A stretch of 64,000 nucleotides of DNA, taken from assembly GCA_963842525.1 (NCBI GenBank), contig CAWJGT010000023.1, forward strand, positions 363,594 through 427,593. The letters run 5' to 3'. Numbering within the stretch: position 1 is the first letter of the stretch; every line of letters begins with the position of its first letter. A program made the translations under genes and the position numbers. Below, piece by piece: positions 40,383 to 50,800 of the stretch. The notes beneath the pieces are model-generated. The model was not told where the DNA came from, did no database searches, and saw nothing but the letters and a program-made list of their open reading frames with translations. Source of the DNA: an uncultured Holophagales bacterium. GTDB lineage: Bacteria > Acidobacteriota > Thermoanaerobaculia > Multivoradales > UBA5704.

Positions 40383-42399
40383 GTAGAGTCGGCGGCGGGC
40401 GCGGTGTCTGTAGGTCGAGGGAGTAGCTGTTTCCGGCGGCTTTCGCCACTCGCCGGTGCCTCAGTCTCGGCCGTGTCTCCGTTTCCCACCGCCGCTCATC
40501 GAACCGGACTTGCGGATCTCCCGCATCCGGCTCTCGGACGGGCTTCACGAGAGGGCATGCACGGGACTTCCTTGCAGGCGCCTCTGGCGGATGTCGATCA
40601 CTCCCGCCTTGCCATGGATCTCAGAGTAGCTGAATCGGCTGGTTCCGCTGACGCGCAGCTTATGCCGCCGGCAGAGGAATCGCCGAACCCGTGCCCGCAC
40701 GTGCCAGCTGATGGCTGTGTCAGCTTGGCCCGTAAAACCGAAGCTGAAGTACTCGGCCCACCCCGACAGGAGTCGGTTGAGCCGGTCTCGCAGCTTGGGC
40801 CAAGGGGTTGGGTTTCCCCGGCGTAGCCGGATGTTGATCTTCTCCTTGAGCCTCTTCTGGGCCTTCTTGGATGGCCGAGCCGAGATGAATCTCTTCCCGC
40901 TCAGCCAGTGCCGCACCGGCCCGAAGGTGTAGCCCAGGAAGTCAAACGGCTCTTCTCGGGCGTGACAGAGGCGCGTTTTGGTGGGATGAAGCGTCAGCCC
41001 GAGCTTCGCCAACCAGCGCGATACCAGCGCCAGACTTTCTTCGGCCTGGCGGCGGCTTGCGCAGACAATCACGAAGTCATCGGCATAGGAGACGATCTGT
41101 CCCAACCGTTGCGTCGCCCCGGTCTTCCTCCAGTGGCGCAGAAGACGGTTGATGTAGATGTTAGCCATCAGAGGTGAAACAACTCCGCCTTGAGGAGTCC
41201 CCCGCTTGCTCTTCTTGCCGCCTGTTATCCGCCGGTTTCCCCTCTCATCCCTCTCTTCCGCCGGGGATTTCAGCCACAGCTTGAGCAGATGCAGGATCTT
41301 CCCGTCGGCCACCCGCCGGGCCACGCTCTGCAACAGCTCGGCGTGGGGGATGGTGTCGAAGTACTTCGTCACGTCGGCATCTACGACGTGCTGCTGGCCT
41401 CCATACAACCGCCCCTGCACCTCGGCCAGTGCGCCGTGCGCACTGCGCTCCGGCCGGTAGGCATAGACGTTGTCCTCGAAATCAGCTTCGAAGATCGGCT
41501 CAAGGATCAGCACGACGGCGGTCTGCACCACCCGATCCCTGATGGTCGGGATTCCGAGGGGACGCTCGCCTCCGCCGGGCTTCGGGATCATCACCCGCCG
41601 CACCGGTTGGGGGCGGTAGGTCTCTTCCACCAGTTCCTGCCGAAGCTCGGCCAGCCACCGCTCTACACCGTACGCCTCAATGTCCTCAAACCGGACCCCG
41701 TCGACTCCGGGCGCTCCGTCGTTGGCTTTCGCCTGTCGGTAGGCCCTCTCCAGGGTTTCCGCCCAGCACACCTTGTCGTACAGCGTGTAGAACCGAAAGT
41801 CTGGCTCCCGCTTGGCCTTCTCATACAGCTTCTTCCGGAGTCGCTCGACTTGATCGGGTTCTAGACTCATCGTCAATTCCCGGTCTCCTTCTCGTTGAGA
41901 AGCATGCCCGAACCAGGGCTCCGTCCCTCCACCGGCATTACCCGGCTTCCTCGGTACCACGGCCCGAGGCTGACCATTTCAGATCACCTCGGTTGGTGGC
42001 CGCGACCCACCACCTATGTGGATCTCACACGTTGCCTCAAAGACCTTGTCTGCGCATGCTGACCCCACTACCCCGGCTGGAGAGGACGGGTCTTCGGTCG
42101 GTTGCTCCCCCACCCCCCGACGGCCTTCCCCTTATGGCAGGAGGGTCGGCTCCAGCGAGAAACTATCGAGGCCTGCTCAGGGTTCACGTGCTTTTCGGCC
42201 TGCGCATTTGCACCTCGGTTGCACCGAGGACTTCCCCGGAGGCTTCAGCCGGACGATTGCTCGAGCTCGGCTGCTCCAGTGGCTACCGGGCGAACCGACA
42301 ATTCCCCGGGCGGGACTTCCACCCGCTGGCCTTCGAGACCCAGGAGGTCTCTCTGTAATCTGCAAATCAGCTCACATCAGACCTCCCTTCGTGTCGCAC
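40383..42399 (-). mobile_element. Group II intron (2017 nt)
   Basis: 5' GTGCGACACG at 42399; domain V GAGCCGGATGCGGGAGATCCGCAAGTCCGGTTC (~40500-40533); 3' end ...GACTCTAC at 40383; removal restores the host ORF. Confidence 0.93.
40545..41870 (-). CDS. ltrA: Group II intron reverse transcriptase/maturase (no endonuclease domain)
   Basis: GAPGVDG, IPKPGGGERPLGIPTIRDRVVQ, DADVTKYFD, GTPQGGVVSP, YADD, FDFLGYTF and maturase LNRLLSGWAEYF. Confidence 0.95.
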   Translation of the reverse strand: MSLEPDQVERLRKKLYEKAKREPDFRFYTLYDKVCWAETLERAYRQAKANDGAPGVDGVRFEDIEAYGVERWLAELRQELVEETYRPQPVRRVMIPKPGGGERPLGIPTIRDRVVQTAVVLILEPIFEADFEDNVYAYRPERSAHGALAEVQGRLYGGQQHVVDADVTKYFDTIPHAELLQSVARRVADGKILHLLKLWLKSPAEERDERGNRRITGGKKSKRGTPQGGVVSPLMANIYINRLLRHWRKTGATQRLGQIVSYADDFVIVCASRRQAEESLALVSRWLAKLGLTLHPTKTRLCHAREEPFDFLGYTFGPVRHWLSGKRFISARPSKKAQKRLKEKINIRLRRGNPTPWPKLRDRLNRLLSGWAEYFSFGFTGQADTAISWHVRARVRRFLCRRHKLRVSGTSRFSYSEIHGKAGVIDIRQRRLQGSPVHALS

Positions 42400-43044
42400 T
42401 GCCAGGGGATTCCACTTGAAGCTCTTCCGCGTGAGGTTGCTGCCCACGAGGGCTGCGGTCCGGGTGCATCCCTGTCCGGCCAACCAGTTTCCGAAGGAAG
42501 CCCCCGCAGGCGGCGTGGGTGTAGGTGTTGGTGTAGGCGTCGGCGTGGGGGTGGGAGTCGGCTTGGGCGTCGGGGTGGGCGTCGGCGTGGGTGTAGGCTT
42601 GGGCGTCGGGGTTGGAGTCGGCTTGGGCGTCGGGACAGGAGTCGGCGTGGGCGTCGGCGTCGGGAGGGGATCTGCAAGCCTGGGCAGCACGAGCTCGCGG
42701 AACGCCAGAGTGCCCCGCGGCCCGAGGACGTAGAAGAGGTCTGTCTTGTCCTGCTCGGTCACTCTGTAGCCGGCTGGAAGGCCGAATACATCAGGCCTCC
42801 GGGCAAGAAAGGCCTCGAGCGTGTTGAAGGCCTCGACCAGAGTCTCCACCTCGATAGGACTCCGGCGTTCGTCGAAGTCGACGCCGATGCGGGCTTTGAA
42901 CGACGGACGAAACTGCGCTCCGCTTCCGAGCGGTGCGTTCGCGCTCCATGAGAAGGTCTTGCGGACAAGGCGACCCTGGAGATTCACCAATGCAGCGGTC
43001 TTTGTGCAACCTTGAGCGGCCAGCCAATCTCCAAATGAGGGCAT
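42400..43044 (-). CDS. Exon 1 of the two-domain PT-linker hypothetical protein
   Basis: SD AAAGGAG; domain 1, long (PT/PK)n linker, start of domain 2 ending KWNPLA; 645 nt = 215 codons. Confidence 0.88.
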
Positions 43045-43151
43045 GGGCTTCTCCTTTCATCGGCGGTATTGTTGATGTCCGACCGTCATCAGGTACTGTA
43101 GGCAGCCGAGGGGAAATCTCATTCCACGCCTGAATCTCATAGACTCCTCCC

Positions 43152-44018
43152 ATGCGCATCGTCTCCCTCGTCCCCAACGGCACCGAGATCCTCTTCGCGG
43201 TCGGCGCGGGCGACCTGGTCGTCGGGGTCAGCCATGAGTGCGACTGGCCTCCGGAGGCGCGGACGCGGCCGATCCTGACCGGCAGTGCTTTAAGACCGGG
43301 GATGAGCGCGGCGGAGGTGGATGCGGCGGTGGCGGCGCAGGTCGGGAGCGGGGCGAGCCTCTATACGCTCGACGAGGCGAGGATCGCCGAGCTTCAGCCC
43401 GATCTCATCGTCACCCAGCAGCTCTGCCCGGTCTGCGCCGTCAGCACCGAGCAGGTCGAGGGCGCGGTCCAGCCCCTTTCCCGCTGCCCCGAGGTGGTGT
43501 CGCTCGACCCGACGACGCTCGCGGAGGTCTTCGCCGACATCCGCCGGGTCGGCGAGGTCACCGGCCGGACGGCGGAGGCCGCAGCGCTCCTGACCGATCT
43601 CGAACGCCGGCTCGAGGCGGTGCGCGCGCAGGTCGCGGATCGGCCCCGGCCCCGCGTCCTGGCCCTGGAATGGCTCGATCCTCCCTTTGCCGGCGGCCAC
43701 TGGGTGCCCGAGATGATCGGGCTCGCGGGCGGCCAGGACGCCTTTGCGCAGCCTGGCGACCACTCCCGCCGCCTCTCCTGGGACGAGATCCAGACGGCTG
43801 ATCCCGACCTGATCGTGGCCATGCCGTGCGGCTATGACGAGGACGGCGCCCGCTCCCAGGTCGACCTCGCGGCCGCTCTGCCCGGCTGGCAGGCGCTCCG
43901 TGCCGTAGACGCCGGCCGCGTCTTTCCCGTCGACGCCAATGGCTGCTTCAGCCGCCCCGGCCCCCGGCTGGTCGACGGCATCGAACGGCTCGCCGGGATC
44001 TTCCACGCGGCCGGGTGA
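43152..44018 (+). CDS. Cobalamin/iron periplasmic-binding-fold protein (BtuF-like)
   Basis: MRIVSLVPNGTEIL...VGVSHECDWP...PDLIVTQ..C.VCA...EWLDPP...SRPGPRLVDG. Confidence 0.85.
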   Translation: MRIVSLVPNGTEILFAVGAGDLVVGVSHECDWPPEARTRPILTGSALRPGMSAAEVDAAVAAQVGSGASLYTLDEARIAELQPDLIVTQQLCPVCAVSTEQVEGAVQPLSRCPEVVSLDPTTLAEVFADIRRVGEVTGRTAEAAALLTDLERRLEAVRAQVADRPRPRVLALEWLDPPFAGGHWVPEMIGLAGGQDAFAQPGDHSRRLSWDEIQTADPDLIVAMPCGYDEDGARSQVDLAAALPGWQALRAVDAGRVFPVDANGCFSRPGPRLVDGIERLAGIFHAAG

Positions 44019-44172
44019 CGTGAAATCTTTTGCATCCTCGCATCATTCTCTAGAAGAAGTCTCCCGATAGGTCGGTCGCAACTTTGTTCCCGGTGCCCCG
44101 TATTGGGCCGGGACACGCACTCTAGCTGTATTCCGCTGTATGTCCCGGCTGTGTCCGGGGAGGGGTGATCTC

Positions 44173-47100
44173 ATGTCGCAACCACGATTGTTGTCGTTGT
44201 TGTCCATCCTTTTTGCTTTCGCCGGCCCGGCGTTCGGGCAAACCGTTTCCTTCCTCGATGCCCAGGGCAACCCCGCCACGGTCTATCTCGAAGGCTCGCG
44301 TGTCTTTCTGCGGGTCGAAGACCCTGCCGCCAATACGGACGGCTCGACCACTGAGATCGTCGTGGTCGACGTCTCGGCTGCCCTGACAGGCGACGCCGAG
44401 CAGGTCCAGCTCACCGAGACCGGACCGGCCACGGGCGTCTTCGCCGGCTCGATCCAGCTCTCGCTCGCCGGGCCTTCCGTGGACGGGCTGCTCCAGACCT
44501 CGCGGTTCACGACCACATCTCCCCCAGCCTTCGACACCCTGACGGCCACCTACGGCGCCGCCTCGGCCAGCGCCGGCACGGAGGGGCCTACTGTCGCTGT
44601 GCTCGACGCATCCGGCAACGAGGTCACGTCCTTCATGGTTGGGGATAAGGTCCACTTCCGGCTGCGCGACGGCTTTGCGAACGGCGGTCCCAGCGTGGAC
44701 ACGATCTGGTTGGAGGTGATGGCGACGGTCCGGAGCTGGAACGAATATGAGCTCGTCAATCTCACCGAGACCGGAGGGGATACGAGTGTTTTCGAGGGCT
44801 CGGTCCAGACGGTCCAAGGGATCGATCCGGTCCAGATGGACGGCGTGGTCGAGCTCGAACCGACAGATCTTCTCCAGGCCCGGCACTACTACCCCGCTTG
44901 GGGGCCCTATGTGATCGCTGAGGCCACCGCCTTGTCGGACCTCCCGGTGACGATCACATTCCTCGCGTGGAATTTCGCCACGGACGAGCCGATCTCCGAG
45001 ATCTACGAATTCTCGTACTTCCAGATCCGGGTCACCGACGGCGCCGCGGCCGGCCAGAACACGATCACCGTCCGGGTCACCTCCGATCTGCGCGGCGACG
45101 AGGAGCTGATGACCCTCTCGGAAGACGGCAACAACCTCGGCACCTTCTACGCTCCCTACGGGATCGCTGCCACGATGAGCCCCACTCCTCCCGCCACGGA
45201 CGGGTTGCTCGAGGTGACCGAGATCCCGGGCCCGCCGCACCAGTTCGATACCGTCCGGGCCACGCCGGTGACCTGCTCGGTCTCGCCCTGCCCCACGGCC
45301 GTGGCCGGGGTGATCGGCTCGTCCGTCCGGTTCCTCGACAGCCAGGGAGAGGACACTCTGACCTACTCCGCCGGTGACACGGTGACCCTCGAAGTGAGGG
45401 ACTACACGGTCTCTCAGCAGCCCATCGCGCAGACCACCGCGACGCTCGTCAGCCAGGCCGGCGATTCCGAGACCGTCAGCATCCTCGCGTACTTCCCTTA
45501 CACAGGGCTGTACCGCGGAAGCATCCTGTGCGAGGAAGGGCCGCCCGTCCCGGGCGACGGAGTGCTCCAGGTCGAGGAGCCCGATACGATCACGGCGAGC
45601 CACCTCGATCCCCTTGGCTTCTCCTCCTCGACCGACACCGCGACGGTCGGATCCGTCACGGTCGTCTTCCTCGACCGGTTCGGCAATCCGGCCGACTTCC
45701 AGTTCGAGAGCGCCTGGGCCCGCGTCCAGGCGAGGCACCCCGGCGCCAACCTCTCCCCGGGGACGGCCGACACCCTGGCCGCGACCCTCCAGACCGTGGA
45801 TGTCGACGGCAACCTGCGGGATTCCGAGCCCGTCCAGCTCACCGAGACCGGCCCGGACACCGACGTCTTCACCGGACAGATAAAGCTCTTCACGCACTAC
45901 AACCCCCAGCCCAACGACGGCAGGCTCGATAGCTGGTACAAGTTGTTCCCCCAGCCCAGCATTCCGGACAACATCACCGCGACCGTGGACACGGTATCGG
46001 CGACGGTCCCGCTCCTCCGCTCGAAGATCTGGTTCATCGACTCCAATGGGGCCGACGCCACGCAATACCCCGCCGGCAGCCCCGTCTACGTCCGGCTGGA
46101 AAGCGAGGGGGTGAACTTCGACCCGGCGGTTGCGGATACGCGGTTCGTCCAGCTCGTGAACCTGTCCAACAACGATTTCGAGTACCCTCTCCTGACCGAG
46201 ACCGGACCCGACACCTCCATCTTCGAAGGCTCGTACGCCACCAACCTGGCCCCGCCCGAATGGGACGACGTCCTCAACGTGCAGCCTGGCCACACGATCC
46301 GGGCGGTCGACGCGGGGGGCTACGCGCCGAACATCACGGACGAGGCCAGTATCCTCGCACCCCTCCAGCCGGACGCGGTGAATGACACCGCCTCGCTGGC
46401 CGAAGACGGTCCGGCGATCTCGATCCCGGTGCTTGCCAACGACACCGCCCCCGAGGGGCGCACGCTCGCAGTCTCGTCCGTGACGCAGGGCACCCGCGGT
46501 GCAACGGCGATTCAAGGCGACGGCACCATCACCTACACGCCGAACGCCAACGCCAACGGCTCCGATTCGTTCACTTATACCGTCACAGACAGCCTCGGCC
46601 TCACCGACACCGCGACGGTTTCGATCACCATTTCGGCAGTCAACGACGCGCCTGATGCGGTGAGCGATTCAGGCAGTACCAACGAGGACGCGGCCGTCAC
46701 GGTCTCCGTCCTCGCCAACGACAGCGATCCGGAGAACAACTCACTTGCGATCACCGCCGTCACCCAGGGGGCCAACGGCGCGGTTTCGAACAACGGCAAC
46801 GGCACCGTGACCTACACGCCGGGCCTGAATTTCAACGGCTCGGATTCATTCAGTTATTCGATCGCCGACGGCAACGGCGGGGCGGACACGGCCACCGTGA
46901 CCGTCACCGTGCGCGACTCCTTCTCGCGGGTGGCCGTGCTCGGCACCAACAGCGTCTGGCTGCGGACCGGCTCGGACGTGCTATCGGGCGACGTGATCGT
47001 CAACCAGGCCGGTGCCGGGCCCTTCCTCAACGGCAGCGTCGAGCTGAGCCTCGGCGGGACGGTGACCACGCCGGCCGGCTGGGACGTCCAGGCGGACAGC

Positions 47101-47718
47101 GTCACGATCGCCGGCGGCACGACGGTGGCGAGCGACCTCTTCTACAACCAGCTCACCAACAACGGCACGGTCACGGGCTCGCAGAGCAGCCCGCTGGCGC
47201 TGCCGGTCTTCGCCAGCCTGCCCACCTTCCTGACGGCCACGCCGGGGAGCACCGACGTCAACGTCGCCAACAACGGCAGCCAGACCCTCGCGGCCGGCAG
47301 CTACCGCGACCTGATCGTGGGAAGGAAGGCGACGGTGACTTTCACCGGTGGCGTCTATCACTTCCGCACGATCCAGGTCGACCGTGAGGCGAAGCTCTAT
47401 TTCTCGGCGGCGAGCGAGGTCCGGGTGCAGCAGAAGCTGAGCACGAAGACCCTCACCACGGTCGGACCGGCGACCGGCGCCTCGATCACGGCGGCGAACA
47501 TCGTCTTCCATGTCGCCGGAGTCAACGGCACGAGTGGCGGCCTGGCCGCGACGCCCAAGGCGGTCGACGTCGGGACCAACAACGTCTTCAGCGCGAACGT
47601 CTATGCCCCGAACGGGACGGTCTGGCTCGAGGATGGTACCCAGGCCCGCGGCGCCTTCCTGGGCCGCGACGTCCAGGTGGGGATCGACGTCCAGGTGACG
47701 CTCCAGAGCGCCTGGTAG
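44173..47718 (+). CDS. Large secreted Ig-like (LTETG and Big_9/tandem-95) repeat protein, paralog 1
   Basis: Signal peptide; LTETGxxTxxFxG repeats; two PDAVxD..ED...VLAND...TYTP...DSFxY units; C-terminal beta-rich domain ending VTLQSAW. Confidence 0.88.
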   Translation: MSQPRLLSLLSILFAFAGPAFGQTVSFLDAQGNPATVYLEGSRVFLRVEDPAANTDGSTTEIVVVDVSAALTGDAEQVQLTETGPATGVFAGSIQLSLAGPSVDGLLQTSRFTTTSPPAFDTLTATYGAASASAGTEGPTVAVLDASGNEVTSFMVGDKVHFRLRDGFANGGPSVDTIWLEVMATVRSWNEYELVNLTETGGDTSVFEGSVQTVQGIDPVQMDGVVELEPTDLLQARHYYPAWGPYVIAEATALSDLPVTITFLAWNFATDEPISEIYEFSYFQIRVTDGAAAGQNTITVRVTSDLRGDEELMTLSEDGNNLGTFYAPYGIAATMSPTPPATDGLLEVTEIPGPPHQFDTVRATPVTCSVSPCPTAVAGVIGSSVRFLDSQGEDTLTYSAGDTVTLEVRDYTVSQQPIAQTTATLVSQAGDSETVSILAYFPYTGLYRGSILCEEGPPVPGDGVLQVEEPDTITASHLDPLGFSSSTDTATVGSVTVVFLDRFGNPADFQFESAWARVQARHPGANLSPGTADTLAATLQTVDVDGNLRDSEPVQLTETGPDTDVFTGQIKLFTHYNPQPNDGRLDSWYKLFPQPSIPDNITATVDTVSATVPLLRSKIWFIDSNGADATQYPAGSPVYVRLESEGVNFDPAVADTRFVQLVNLSNNDFEYPLLTETGPDTSIFEGSYATNLAPPEWDDVLNVQPGHTIRAVDAGGYAPNITDEASILAPLQPDAVNDTASLAEDGPAISIPVLANDTAPEGRTLAVSSVTQGTRGATAIQGDGTITYTPNANANGSDSFTYTVTDSLGLTDTATVSITISAVNDAPDAVSDSGSTNEDAAVTVSVLANDSDPENNSLAITAVTQGANGAVSNNGNGTVTYTPGLNFNGSDSFSYSIADGNGGADTATVTVTVRDSFSRVAVLGTNSVWLRTGSDVLSGDVIVNQAGAGPFLNGSVELSLGGTVTTPAGWDVQADSVTIAGGTTVASDLFYNQLTNNGTVTGSQSSPLALPVFASLPTFLTATPGSTDVNVANNGSQTLAAGSYRDLIVGRKATVTFTGGVYHFRTIQVDREAKLYFSAASEVRVQQKLSTKTLTTVGPATGASITAANIVFHVAGVNGTSGGLAATPKAVDVGTNNVFSANVYAPNGTVWLEDGTQARGAFLGRDVQVGIDVQVTLQSAW

Positions 47719-47762
47719 CCCTCGTCCCCTGCCCCCCTCTCCCGCGAGCGCGGGAGAGGGGG
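47719..47762. repeat. REP-like palindrome
   Basis: CCCCCTCTCCCGCG-AG-CGCGGGAGAGGGGG right after the stop. Confidence 0.75.
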
Positions 47763-47865
47763 TGATAGGAAAGCCTCGGCGTTCTCGCCTCTCTTCCTAG
47801 AGACGTTTCCCTCTGACTGTGTCCATTTGGATGTCCGGCTCTGTCCGGAGGAGAGAGGTGACTTC

Positions 47866-50800
47866 ATGTTGCAGCGACGGTGGTTGCTGTTGTTGTCCGT
47901 CTTTTTCGCTTTCGCCGGCCCGGCGTTCGGGCAGACCATGTCCACCCTTGCCGTGCTCGACGCGTCCGGCAACGAGATCGACTCCTTCCTGGTGGGAGAC
48001 ACGGTCTACTTCCGGGTGGTCGATGCGCTGGCGAACGCCACTCCCGGCGTGGATACGACGCAGGTGCACGTCTTTGCGACCGTGCGGACCTGGACCGAGT
48101 ACCAGCCCGTCTATCTCACCGAGACCGGAGGGGACACAGGGGTCTTCGAAGGATCGATCCCGACGGTCCATGGGATCGATCCGGTTCAGCACGACGGGGT
48201 GGTCGAGCTCGAGCCGGGAGACGTCCTCGCGGCCCGGCACGACGATGCCAATGGGGAGACCGAGTCGACAGCCGAGGCTACGGCCCTGTCGGACCTCCCC
48301 GTGAGCATCGGATTCGTGGACGGCAGCACGGACGAGCCTGTCTCCACGGTCTACGAATTTTCGTCGGCCACGATCAGGGTCACCGACGGTGCCGCTGCCG
48401 GTCAGGGCGCCGTCAGCGTCCGGGTCAGCTCCGATTTGCGCGGTGACGAGGAGCAGCTCACCCTTTGGGAGGACATCTACAATCCCGGCGCCTTCAAAGG
48501 CTCCATCTACGTTTCTGCCACTCTGAGCCCCTATCCCCCATCGGCTGACGGGTTCCTGGAGGTGACCGAGAGCCCGGGCCCGCCGCACCAGCTTGACACC
48601 ATCCGGGCCACGCTTGATACCTGCTCGGTTGCGCCCTGCCCCACGGACGCGGCCGCGATGATCGCCTCCTCCATCCGTTTCCTCGACAGCCAGGAATTCG
48701 ACACCCCGGCCTTCGCCGTCGGCGACACCATGACCCTCGAGGTGACGGACTTCACGTCCACCGGGATGACCACCGCGACGCTCGTCAGCCAGTCCGGCGA
48801 CGCCGAGACCATCGACCTCCTCCAGGACTACGCCCATGCGGGTGTGTTTCGCGGCAGCATCCTTTCCGAGGAAGGCCCCGCCGTTCCGGGCGATGGTCAG
48901 CTCCAGGTCCAGGAGCCCGACACGATCACGGCAAGCCGTCTCGATCCCCTCGGCCTGTCGTCCGCGACCGATACCGCGCAGGTCGGAGCAGCCAGCGTGG
49001 AGTTCATCGACCGGTTCGGCAACCCGACCGACGTCCAGTTCGAGGGCGGCTGGGCCCGGGTCCGTGTGACACAGCCCAGCGCCAACCTCTCTCCGGGAAC
49101 CGCCGATACCCTGTACGCGACGCTCCAGACCGTGCGCGTCGACGGCACCGTGCGGGACTCCGAGACGGTCCAGCTCACCGAGACCGGACCCGACACGGGA
49201 ATCTTCACCGGGCAGATCAAGCTCTCGGTGTACTACATTCTCCAATCCGGCGACGGAGTTCTCACGAGCTTCTATACCTTCGGCGAGGAGCCCCCGGCCG
49301 CTGACAGCGTTGCCGCGATCGTGGGCACAGCCTCGGCAACGGCCTCGTTCCTCCGTTCGCGGATCTGGCTCGTGGACGTCAACGGAGCGGATGCGACGCA
49401 ATATCCCGCCGGCGGCCGCATCTACGTCCGGCTGGAGACCGAAGGGGGAAATGCTGATCCAATGGCTCAGGACTCCTACTTCGTCTGGGTGCAGAACCTC
49501 TCCAACGCGGATTACGAGTACTCTCTCCTCCCCGAGACCGGTCCCGACACCTCGATCTTCGAAGGCTGGTTCGACACCAATCTGGCGCCGCCGGGATGGG
49601 ACGGCTTCTTGAACGTGCAGCCCGGCCATACGATTCAGGCCGTCGAGGATCTCGGCTACGGCCCGGACGTCACGGACCAGGCCGGTATCATCGTGCCTCT
49701 CCAGCCCGACGCGGTGGATGACGCTGACGCCTTGGCAGAAGACGGTCCGGCAATTTCGATCCCGGTGCTGGCCAACGACGCCGCCGCCGAGGGGCTGACC
49801 CTCTCGGTCTCGGCCGTGACGCAGGGCGCCCACGGCACGGGGGTGATCAATGCCAATAACACCCTGAGCTATACGCCGGCCGCCAACTTCCACGGCACCG
49901 ACTCGTTCACCTATACCGCCGTGGACAGCTACGGCTCCGTGGATACGGCCACGGTCACGGTCACCGTCACGCCCGTTGCCGATCCTCCGGTCGCGGTCAA
50001 CGACAGCATAGTCACCAACGAGGATACGGCGGCCACGGTCACCGTCCTCGGCAACGACGGCGACCCGGATAACGACAGTCTCACCGTGACTTCGGCCACC
50101 CAGGGCGCCCACGGATCGGCCGTGATCAATGCCAACGGAACGATCACGTATACGCCGAGCACCAATGCCAACGGGAACGATTCGTTCACCTACACGGTCT
50201 CGGACGGCAACGGCGGCTCCGACACGGCCACGGTCACGGTCAACGTGGCGGCGGTGAACGATCCGCCGGATGCGGTGAACGATGCGGCGACCACCCGCGA
50301 AGGGGGCGCGGTCACGATCACGGTCCTGGGCAACGACACGGACCTCGAAGGCAACGCTCTCTCCGTTTCGTCGGCCGGGACGCCCACCAACGGCTCGGCC
50401 GTCGTCAATGGCAACAACACCATTACCTACACGCCGGGTGCCAACTTCGCCGGCATCGCATCCTTTACCTACACGATCGGCGACGGGCAGGGCGGAGCCG
50501 ATACCGCCACGGTGACTGTGACGGTCACGGAGGCGCTGGAGCGCGTGGTGGTGCTGGCCACCAACAGCGCCCAATTCCAGTCCAGCGCAGACGTCTTGTC
50601 GGGCGACGTGGTTGTCAACCAGGCCAGCCCCGGCCCCTACCTCAACGGCGGTGTCGAGCTGAGCCTCGCCGGCACAGTGACCATGCCGGCCGGCTGGGAC
50701 GTCCAGGCGGACAGCGTCACGGTCGGCAGCGGCACGACCGTGGCGAGCCACCTCTTCTACAACCAGCTCACCAACAACGGCACGGTGACAGGCGTGCAGA

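Noticed and set aside
42505-42665. DNA-level microsatellite
   Set aside because: Encodes the Pro-Thr linker with varied synonymous codons, so it is a protein-level repeat.
40113-42935. DGR (RT flanked by a TR/VR-like repeat pair) or retron
   Set aside because: The RT has maturase motifs inside canonical group II ends. The repeat pair differs mainly at synonymous third positions rather than adenines and represents two protein domains.
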